Below are positions 20,578-28,073 of a stretch of 34,142 nucleotides of DNA, piece by piece. The translations under genes were made by a program, and so were the position numbers. Source of the stretch: an uncultured Nitrospiraceae bacterium (GTDB taxonomy: Bacteria; Nitrospirota; Thermodesulfovibrionia; Thermodesulfovibrionales; Dissulfurispiraceae); NCBI GenBank assembly GCA_947085205.1, contig CAMTVO010000006.1, forward strand, positions 1 to 34,142. The letters are read 5' to 3'. The notes under the pieces are model-generated. The model had not been told where the DNA came from and made no database searches. It was given only the letters and a program-made list of their open reading frames with translations. How positions within the stretch are numbered: the stretch's first letter is position 1; every line of letters starts with the position of its first letter.

Positions 20578-21219
20578 ATGAATGTAAAATCAGAAAAAGA
20601 TATTTTGAATCTAATAGTAAATAAAGTCGAAGAAAATATTTCCTTAGATTATAAAGAGTGTATAGCATTGACGAACACTGATAGAGCTAAAAATGACATT
20701 AGCAAAGATATATCAGCCTTTGCAAATTCAGTAGGTGGAACTATTATATATGGTGTAAAAGAAAACAGTCATATACCTATCGAGATTGACAACGGTGTCG
20801 ATCCTAAAATAATCACAAAAGATCGGAGAATTTAAAAAATATTTTAAACTCCCAGAAAAAAATAGAGAAATTATGCAACTGAGAATACCGATTATAGACA
20901 GGAATGCAATAGACATCGTTATTTGTGATAATGTTTCAAAAGGGTTAATCAGGACATTTGCTAAAACAAACTCTAAATACACTAACAACTGGGTAGAAGA
21001 AATTAAAGAAAATATCAGGAAAAAGGAGACGGTTATCTCATAGTACCGAGAGATGGAATCTTATTTATTCCTTTAAAAGAAATCCAAAAGGTCGTAACTG
21101 ATCCTTCTAAATTTGAACAAAATACAATAGATGTCTATATAAATTTTAAAGACAACGTAATCGAACTGACTTACAAAGATAGTGCAATTGATGTTACACA
21201 ATTTCGATTGATTAAATAA
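20578..21219 (+). pseudogene. Decayed AT-rich cargo: AlbA_2/Schlafen-type N-terminal fragment plus frameshifted downstream ORF remnants
   Basis: E...LDYKE...ISKDISAFANS.GG.IIYGV.E stops after 85 aa; open frames continue at 20813-21043 (frame 2) and 21007-21219 (frame 1). Confidence 0.65.
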
Positions 21220-21268
21220 TTGGTGATTTATGAAATGCACGGGATGCTTTAAGGAGTTTGATAGATAA

Positions 21269-21832
21269 ATGACTACTTACAATCTCTATAAACTCCTCAA
21301 GGAAGAACTGAAAAATGGCTCAAGCGACCTTGTTACGAGGCAGTCGGGGCATGTGATAAGGGAGCGGATTGAGCGGGATATTGCAAAGGAGAAGGATGGG
21401 GAGGTTATCGCCATTGACTTCTCAAAGATTGGGGTTATTGATTATTCATGTGCTGACGAGATTGTGGCAAAGCTTATTTCAAGGCTTGTAAGCGGTGAAT
21501 ATGGAGATAGATATATGGTTTTGACAGGACTTAATGAAAACCAGAAGGAAAACATAGAGGTTGCCCTTGAGAGAAAGGACTTGGCAGTAATGGCTGAAAT
21601 GAAGGATGGACAAAAAGTCCTCATTGGCAGCCTCCATAATTATTTGCAGGAGACTTTAAATCTGATAATCAGTAAAGGCAAAATTACAGCAGGTGAGCTT
21701 TCAGAGGCATTAAACCTTCCGGCAAATACAAGCGGAACAAGGTTATTGAACCTTTATAAGAAAAAGCTTGTGAGAAGGAGTACAGAATCAAGGACTGAAG
21801 GACGGATTTGGGTATATTTGCCGTGTCTATAG
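21269..21832 (+). CDS. STAS-like (DUF4325-like) plus winged-HTH protein
   Basis: LVTRQSG..IRE.I, IDFSKIGVIDYSCADEIVAKL; C-terminal ITAGELSEALNL...TSGTRL..LY..KLV.R...GRIWVY; SD AAGGAG. Confidence 0.72.
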   Translation: MTTYNLYKLLKEELKNGSSDLVTRQSGHVIRERIERDIAKEKDGEVIAIDFSKIGVIDYSCADEIVAKLISRLVSGEYGDRYMVLTGLNENQKENIEVALERKDLAVMAEMKDGQKVLIGSLHNYLQETLNLIISKGKITAGELSEALNLPANTSGTRLLNLYKKKLVRRSTESRTEGRIWVYLPCL

Positions 21833-21872
21833 TATAATTCAAGGTTATATTCTTTAATCGTGAGGTTAAACA

Positions 21873-24464
21873 GTGTCTGAACTTACCCCTTTGATGAAGC
21901 AGTATTTCAGCATTAAGGAAAAATATCATGATGCCATTGTGATCTTCAGGCTCGGCGACTTCTATGAGATGTTCGGCGAAGACGCAAAGGTAGCATCGAG
22001 CATATTGCAGATAGCCCTTACAAGCAGGGACAAGAGTAAAGATGACCCAATGCCCATGTGCGGTGTGCCGTACTTCTCTGTGGACGGATATATTTCTAAG
22101 CTCATCAAGGCAGGGCATAAGGTTGCCATATGCGAGCAGGTGGAAGACCCGAAGCTTGCGAAGGGAATTGTACAAAGGGAAGTTGTAAAGGTAATTACTC
22201 CCGGAACCCATGTGCCTGAGCAGCCAAAGGAAAATGCATACATCATGAGCATCTTTCCATATCAGGATATATGCGGTATAACAGTGGCTGACCTCTCGAC
22301 AGGCGAATTCATGGTCTATGAAACCAACAAGCCGATAGATGACGAAATAAACAGGCATGAGCCGAGGGAAATCCTCTGCCCAAAAAGCATGGAGAACAAC
22401 CTCCATTATCAGGAGGTATTTAAAGGGCTTTATGTTTCTTATTACGATGACTGGTATTTCGATTACACAGAATCGTATAAAAACCTTCTCAGATATTTCA
22501 GGGTCTCATCACTTGACGGATACGGCTGCAGCGGTATGAACGCGGCAATTTCGGCAGCAGGAGCGCTTATAAGCTATCTTGAGGATTCACAGAAGATTTT
22601 GACCTTTAAGAAAATCACCGTCCTAAGCCAGACCTCATATATGTTTCTGGATTCGGCTACAAAAAAGAACCTTGAGATCATACACAATCTGAAGGACGGC
22701 TCTGCAGAAGGCTCTTTGCTCTGGGTGCTGGATGAGACCCTTACTCCGATGGGTGGAAGGTTTTTGAGGAATGCAATAACAAAACCGCTGCTCTCATCAA
22801 CAGAGATAAAAAAGAGACAGGATGCTGTTGGGGCAATCATCGAGGATTATGGATTGACCGAGGAATTAAGGACGACATTCAGAAAGATACAGGATATAGA
22901 GCGGCTTACGTCGAGAATTATTGCGAAATCAGCAAGTCCGAGGGATTTGATAGCCCTGAAGAATTCCATCGAACACCTGCCGAGGATAAAGAAACTTCTA
23001 ATATCATCAACAAACTCTTATATAAATGAAATAGGAAATAACTTATCAGAGTTTTATGAATTAAAAGACCTGATAGATTTCAGCATTGTCGAAAACCCTC
23101 CTGTTAATCCCAGAGACGGCGGCATCATCAAAAAGGGCTGCAGCAGGGAAGTGGATGATCTCAGAAATATCTCATTAAGCGGAAAGGACTTTATAGCAAG
23201 GCTTGAGGCTGAAGAAAAACAGAGGACGGGAATATCATCCTTAAAAGTCGGCTTCAATAAGGTGTTCGGATACTACATAGAGGTCACAAAACCAAGTCTT
23301 CAAAAGGGTGGGCATCTCGTTCCGGATGATTACATAAGAAAGCAGACTCTCGCAAACTGCGAGAGGTTTATAACGTCTGATTTAAAGGAGTACGAGACAA
23401 AGGTCTTGGGCGCAGAGGACAGACTTAAGGAGCTTGAATACGAGATATATATGGGCATTCTCGATAAAATGCAAAAGTATGCTAATCAGCTTTTTGATGC
23501 ATCTTCACAGATAGCCATAATCGATTTTCTCCTTTCGCTGACAACCGTCGCAAAGAGGTACTATTATATAAAGCCGGAAATCTCTGACGATAATGTAATC
23601 GAAATAACTGATGGGAGGCATCCTGTTATCGAAAGACTCTTTGGAGTCAGGAGTTATGAGTCAGGAGTTATGAGTTTAGACGAAAAATTTATACCCAACA
23701 ATGCGTATATGGACTGCAATGAAAACAGGCTTTTGATTATAACAGGACCAAACATGGCTGGAAAGTCAACATATATGAGACAGATAGCCCTTATTGTCCT
23801 GATGTCGCAGATAGGTTCTTTTGTGCCTGCCTCAAGTGCAAGGATTGGGATTGTGGACAGGATATTCACGAGGATAGGCGCATCTGATTACATCACTAAG
23901 GGGCAGAGCACATTTATGGTGGAGATGATAGAGACAGCGAATATTCTGAATAATGCCACTGAAAAGAGCCTAATACTTCTTGATGAAGTCGGCAGGGGAA
24001 CAAGCACTTTTGACGGAATCAGTATTGCATGGGCGGTTGCTGAGCATCTTGCTAACAACATCAAGGCGCGCACTCTGTTCGCAACGCATTACAATGAACT
24101 TACAGACCTTGCATTAACAATAGACGGTGTTAAGAATTACAATGTGGTTGTCAAGGAATGGGGAGATGAAGTGATATTCCTGAGAAAGATTGAGAAAGGC
24201 CCTGCTGACAAGAGCTACGGTATTCAGGTTGCAAGACTTGCAGGTCTGCCAGAAGGCGTCATAGAAAATGCAAAGGCTGTGCTCGATAAACTCGAAAAGA
24301 AAGAGGCGGGAATGTTAAAGCCGCGCGCCGCGCAGATGGACCTCTTTTTCAGCGGAGATCCTATAAAGCTTGAGTTGCTGGGAATCGATACGGAAAACCT
24401 TACCCCGCAGAAGGCGTTGAAGAAGCTTGCTGAGTTGAGGAAAAAGGCAGAAGGATTATCGTAA
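21873..24464 (+). CDS. mutS: DNA mismatch repair protein MutS
   Basis: TPLMKQY, GDFYEMF, GPNMAGKSTY, STFMVEM, LDEVGRGTST, SYGIQVA; clamp-binding-like QMDLF. Confidence 0.97.
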   Translation: MSELTPLMKQYFSIKEKYHDAIVIFRLGDFYEMFGEDAKVASSILQIALTSRDKSKDDPMPMCGVPYFSVDGYISKLIKAGHKVAICEQVEDPKLAKGIVQREVVKVITPGTHVPEQPKENAYIMSIFPYQDICGITVADLSTGEFMVYETNKPIDDEINRHEPREILCPKSMENNLHYQEVFKGLYVSYYDDWYFDYTESYKNLLRYFRVSSLDGYGCSGMNAAISAAGALISYLEDSQKILTFKKITVLSQTSYMFLDSATKKNLEIIHNLKDGSAEGSLLWVLDETLTPMGGRFLRNAITKPLLSSTEIKKRQDAVGAIIEDYGLTEELRTTFRKIQDIERLTSRIIAKSASPRDLIALKNSIEHLPRIKKLLISSTNSYINEIGNNLSEFYELKDLIDFSIVENPPVNPRDGGIIKKGCSREVDDLRNISLSGKDFIARLEAEEKQRTGISSLKVGFNKVFGYYIEVTKPSLQKGGHLVPDDYIRKQTLANCERFITSDLKEYETKVLGAEDRLKELEYEIYMGILDKMQKYANQLFDASSQIAIIDFLLSLTTVAKRYYYIKPEISDDNVIEITDGRHPVIERLFGVRSYESGVMSLDEKFIPNNAYMDCNENRLLIITGPNMAGKSTYMRQIALIVLMSQIGSFVPASSARIGIVDRIFTRIGASDYITKGQSTFMVEMIETANILNNATEKSLILLDEVGRGTSTFDGISIAWAVAEHLANNIKARTLFATHYNELTDLALTIDGVKNYNVVVKEWGDEVIFLRKIEKGPADKSYGIQVARLAGLPEGVIENAKAVLDKLEKKEAGMLKPRAAQMDLFFSGDPIKLELLGIDTENLTPQKALKKLAELRKKAEGLS
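23643..23677. repeat. Heptamer array inside mutS
   Basis: GGAGTCA GGAGTTA TGAGTCA GGAGTTA TGAGTTT, translated as GVRSYESGVMSL. Confidence 0.85.
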
Positions 24465-24498
24465 AGATGATGCATTAGCCATCATATGGTGACTTGTT

Positions 24499-25074
24499 AT
24501 GATAGCTGTAGGGCTGACAGGAAATTACGGAATGGGTAAGAGCACGGTAGCCCGGATGTTCAGGGAGCTTGGAGCTGTTACTATCGACACGGACGAGATA
24601 GTTAAAGATTTGCTTGCAGATCCTGCAGTTATTTATGATATAAAAAAGGCATTCGGTGAAGATATAGCAGAAGGCAATAATGTAAACAAAAAGATGCTTT
24701 CAGATATTGTCTTTCAGCATCCCCATCTCAGAATTTTCCTTGAAAATATTCTCCATCCAAGGGTTTTTAAGAAGATTGAGGAGGAACTTAACAAAATCTC
24801 TGACCTAACTGCCATTGTAGTTGTGGAAGCACCTGTGATATTTGAGAGAGGGTATCAAAATAGATTTGATAAAATAATAACTGTATTTACAACAGAAGAA
24901 ATCGCCATTGAACGCCTTAAAGAGAAAGGAATCTCGGAGGACGATGCAAGAAAGAGGATGAAGAGCCAGTTTCCTGTGGAGATGAAAATAAAAAAATCTG
25001 ATTTCGCGATAGACAACAGTAAAGACCTTGAAAATACGAGGAGGCAGGTGGAGGAGATATTAAGCAGATTATGA
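24499..25074 (+). CDS. coaE: Dephospho-CoA kinase
   Basis: VGLTGNYGMGKSTV, ID.D.I, LE.ILHP.V, RMKSQ. Confidence 0.92.
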   Translation: MIAVGLTGNYGMGKSTVARMFRELGAVTIDTDEIVKDLLADPAVIYDIKKAFGEDIAEGNNVNKKMLSDIVFQHPHLRIFLENILHPRVFKKIEEELNKISDLTAIVVVEAPVIFERGYQNRFDKIITVFTTEEIAIERLKEKGISEDDARKRMKSQFPVEMKIKKSDFAIDNSKDLENTRRQVEEILSRL

Positions 25075-26048
25075 GAATAATTAGAGAATTGAATAAAAAA
25101 TTAAACCATCCGAATCCTGTTGTCACCATAGGAAATTTTGACGGCGTCCATCTCGGCCATCAGAAGATATTCAAAAGGGTTGTGGAAAAGGCGAAAGAAA
25201 TCAACGGCACTCCAATGGCTATAACCTTCGAACCGCATCCTGTGCGCGTCCTCGCACCTGAAAGGGGATTGAAGATGCTCACAACGTTTGAAGACAAGGT
25301 AAAGCTCATATCGAGCAACGGCATAAAAGTCCTCATATGCATAAGCTTCAGCAAGGAATTTGCGAGGACAGACCCGGATGATTTTATTAAGAACATGCTT
25401 ATCGATAAGATTGGCGCTGAATGGGTGATTGTGGGACACAACTATGCATTCGGTAAGGGCAAGAAGGGCACTACTGCACTGCTCAGGAGGAGAGGAAAGA
25501 AATACGGGTTCGGCGTGAGCGTTGTTAGATATGCAAAGGTATACGACGATATTGTGAGCAGCAGCAGGGTGAGGAGCCTTCTCTTGAGGGGAAGGGTTTG
25601 CGAGGCATCGAAGATGTTAGGCAAGGCATACCATATCGAAGGTACGGTAATAAAAGGCGCTGGAAGGGGTTTAACACTCCTTCATACTCCCACTGCAAAT
25701 ATCGCTACTCCCAACGAGCTTGTACCCAAGGAAGGGGTCTATGCTGTGAAAGTATCGATAGGCAATAGGCAAGAGGCTATAGGCAAGAGAAAAGAATGTG
25801 AAATTTACGATGGAGTTGCTAATATAGGGAAAAATCCGACATTCGGCGATGTTCCAATGAGCTATGAAGTGCATATCTTTGATTTCAGCAGAGACTTGCT
25901 TGGAGAAAAGATAAAGATACATTTCATCGACAGGATAAGGGACGAAAAAAAGTTCTCAGGAATAAGCGAGCTTGAGGAGCATATAAAAAAGGACATGGAA
26001 AAGGCAAAGCAGATACTGGCTAAAAGGAGTGACCAGTTATATCTTTAG
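25071..26048 (+). CDS. ribF: Riboflavin kinase / FAD synthetase
   Basis: IGNFDGVHLGHQ, TFEPHP, VSSS.VR, PTAN, GVYA, N.G..PTF, EVHIFDF, IRDE.KF. Confidence 0.95.
   Translation: MRIIRELNKKLNHPNPVVTIGNFDGVHLGHQKIFKRVVEKAKEINGTPMAITFEPHPVRVLAPERGLKMLTTFEDKVKLISSNGIKVLICISFSKEFARTDPDDFIKNMLIDKIGAEWVIVGHNYAFGKGKKGTTALLRRRGKKYGFGVSVVRYAKVYDDIVSSSRVRSLLLRGRVCEASKMLGKAYHIEGTVIKGAGRGLTLLHTPTANIATPNELVPKEGVYAVKVSIGNRQEAIGKRKECEIYDGVANIGKNPTFGDVPMSYEVHIFDFSRDLLGEKIKIHFIDRIRDEKKFSGISELEEHIKKDMEKAKQILAKRSDQLYL
25758..25789. repeat. Heptamer array inside ribF
   Basis: ATAGGCA ATAGGCA AGAGGCT ATAGGCA AGAG, translated as IGNRQEAIGKR. Confidence 0.8.
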
Positions 26049-27974
26049 CGGGTCGACATTGATGTTTATTTTAATTCCCTTCAATTTTTCGAGTTTTCCT
26101 AAAAGGTTTTTAGCCCTGTTATGAATCAATTTTCTGTCTTTCGATTTCAGGAGCATCTGGATGCAGTGTTTGTAAGACTTCAGCGCAGAAGGTATCTCGA
26201 CAGGCCCTAGAATTTCCATTCCATCCGTATTTGTGTCTTCGATTACCTTTTGGATGTCATGTAAAAATTTCTGGACATCTTTTTTGAGGAATATATTGAA
26301 GAGAATAATACGTGAAAATGGCGGATAATCAAGCATCTTCCTCTGAGACAGTTCATACTCGTAAAAGCCGTGAAAGTCGTAGTTTCTGATAAATCTAAAT
26401 ACCTTGTTTTTGGGATTCCACGATTGCAAGAAAATAGTGCCGTCAGGTTTGACCATCTGTGAGATTTGTGTGACCTCCTGAAATGTCCTCTCATATGCCC
26501 TGAAATCAGGCATGGACAGGAGCATATCCATATTAAAGAGTGCAGCAGCGTCAAACTTTTCATCCCGGAGTTTTTTTGTTGCATAGGCTGTTCCAATTAC
26601 AAATGAAGTAAAATCAGGTGATAGCTCTGAGATTGTTTTAGGCGCATTCTTTGCCCTTTCTATTAAAAGCGCATCTGTTTTTAAAGCGTCCTCTAACTCC
26701 TCTCTTACCCTTTCTGTGCCTGCACCAAATGGTTTTATATTGAACCCTTTGCATTCTTCGCAGCTTTCAGAAACTTTTTCCTCATAACCACAATAAGGGC
26801 ACCTAACAATGTCTCTGCCTTTATAGAATACAAGTGGAACTTCACACTTTTTGCATTGGACTATATGTCCGCAATCTTTACATCTTATAAGCGAATATCC
26901 CTTTCTATTGACTAGGAATAAAAACCTTTCTCCTTTTGAGACAATATCCTTTGCCTCTTTTAGAACATCTTTGGATATTGTTAAAGCCTTCTCTTTATAT
27001 TTATTTATGTCAATAATTTTTATCTTCGGGCGCATAGATTCATTACTGCTTGTTATTTGTGCATATTTGCCAATCTTTGAGTTATAGATGGATTCTATGG
27101 ATGGACAAACAGAGGACAGAAGCACACATGATTTTTCAATGAATCCTCTCATTACAGCCGCATCCCTTGCATTATATCTGAGTCCTTCCTTGCCTTTGTA
27201 TGAGGGACTATGTTCATTCAGAACAGCAATAAAAGAAATATTTTTAAGAGGCGCAAATATGGCAGACCTTGTGCCTAATATAACATCCGATTGCCGTGTG
27301 ATTATTCGCATAACGGCGTCCATCCTTTTCTTTTTTGTGAGCCTGCTATGCAGGACGCACACCTTTTCACCAAAAATATTTTCAAGCATCGATGCAAACC
27401 CTTCGATCTGACCGATTTCAGGCACAAGGATTATTGCACCCTGCATATCAGAACGGGATTTATTTAAAACCTCATTCAGCAAAGAATATTCATGGGATAT
27501 GGATGGGGCATGGAATAAGAAAGATTTATATTTTTTTTCTTTGACGCTGCTGTAAAAATCTGAAGGGACAAGGGGCAAGGGGCAATGGGCAAGAGATTGA
27601 GAAACTGAGCCATTCTTGTCTTTTGCCTTATCCATGACCCATGACCCATGACCCATGACCCATGCCTTTATCGTTTCTTCAAAAAAGCTGCTTTTCAGGG
27701 CAATCCCCATAGAAGTGAGATAGTAATCAGAAAGCCACTTTAGAAATGAAAGTGTTGATTCAGAGGCAAAATGCGGGTGTATGCTCTGGATTTCGTTGAT
27801 ATTTTTTTTCTCTCCTATAGTTGACTCATTTGTTACAGATATGACAACGCCATAATGGCTTTTCCCCATTAACGGCGCTTTTACTATCCTGCCTTTTAAG
27901 TCATGAGGTGCGTTCTCTGGCACCTTGTAAGTAAGGGGAGGGAGCTTTAATGGAAAAACGACATCGGCATACAT
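26037..27974 (-). CDS. priA: Primosomal protein N' with degenerate helicase motifs
   Basis: LTY, LVPEI, GTRSA.FAP, Y.ARD.A, NRKGY plus four CxxC, G.GTERV, PDFRA.ER, YPPF, IN(V)DP. Likely start is ATG 27974 (MYADVVFP). Confidence 0.88.
   Translation of the reverse strand: MYADVVFPLKLPPLTYKVPENAPHDLKGRIVKAPLMGKSHYGVVISVTNESTIGEKKNINEIQSIHPHFASESTLSFLKWLSDYYLTSMGIALKSSFFEETIKAWVMGHGSWVMDKAKDKNGSVSQSLAHCPLPLVPSDFYSSVKEKKYKSFLFHAPSISHEYSLLNEVLNKSRSDMQGAIILVPEIGQIEGFASMLENIFGEKVCVLHSRLTKKKRMDAVMRIITRQSDVILGTRSAIFAPLKNISFIAVLNEHSPSYKGKEGLRYNARDAAVMRGFIEKSCVLLSSVCPSIESIYNSKIGKYAQITSSNESMRPKIKIIDINKYKEKALTISKDVLKEAKDIVSKGERFLFLVNRKGYSLIRCKDCGHIVQCKKCEVPLVFYKGRDIVRCPYCGYEEKVSESCEECKGFNIKPFGAGTERVREELEDALKTDALLIERAKNAPKTISELSPDFTSFVIGTAYATKKLRDEKFDAAALFNMDMLLSMPDFRAYERTFQEVTQISQMVKPDGTIFLQSWNPKNKVFRFIRNYDFHGFYEYELSQRKMLDYPPFSRIILFNIFLKKDVQKFLHDIQKVIEDTNTDGMEILGPVEIPSALKSYKHCIQMLLKSKDRKLIHNRAKNLLGKLEKLKGIKININVDPLKI
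27564..27666. repeat. Inverted heptamer arrays inside priA
   Basis: AGGGGCA-like x4 (27564-27595) and (CCATGAC)4-CCATGCC (27632-27666); translated as AWVMGHGSWVMD...LAHCPLPLVP. Confidence 0.88.
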
Positions 27975-27982
27975 AAATAAAA

Positions 27983-28017
27983 GGATACAGGATAATGGAT
28001 TGCGGATACAAGATTGA
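27983..28017. repeat. Degenerate heptamer array in the priA/clpC divergent spacer
   Basis: GGATACA GGATAAT GGATTGC GGATACA AGATTGA. Confidence 0.6.
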
Positions 28018-28043
28018 CAAGGTTTATTTAAAACGAGTAATAT
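28014..28043 (+). promoter_or_regulatory. Putative sigma70 promoter of clpC
   Basis: TTGACA-18 nt-TAATAT, followed by an AAGGAG SD before ATG 28074. Confidence 0.5.
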
Positions 28044-28073
28044 TTTTATAGAGACCATCTAAGGAGAATAAAG

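Noticed and set aside
20810..21045. Programmed ribosomal frameshifting to make a full AlbA_2 fusion
   Set aside because: It needs two shifts, there is no clear slippery heptamer with a stimulatory structure, and the continuation does not resemble the rest of an AlbA_2 domain; decay is the simpler explanation.
23291..23312. KPSLQKGGH in MutS as a third copy of the rnr-type palindrome
   Set aside because: It shares only AAAGGGTGG and a few possible extra residues; too short and degenerate to support without an alignment.
27975..28058. N-terminal extension of priA in the ORF track
   Set aside because: It overlaps the putative clpC promoter and a heptamer array; PriA-like sequence begins at MYADVVFP.
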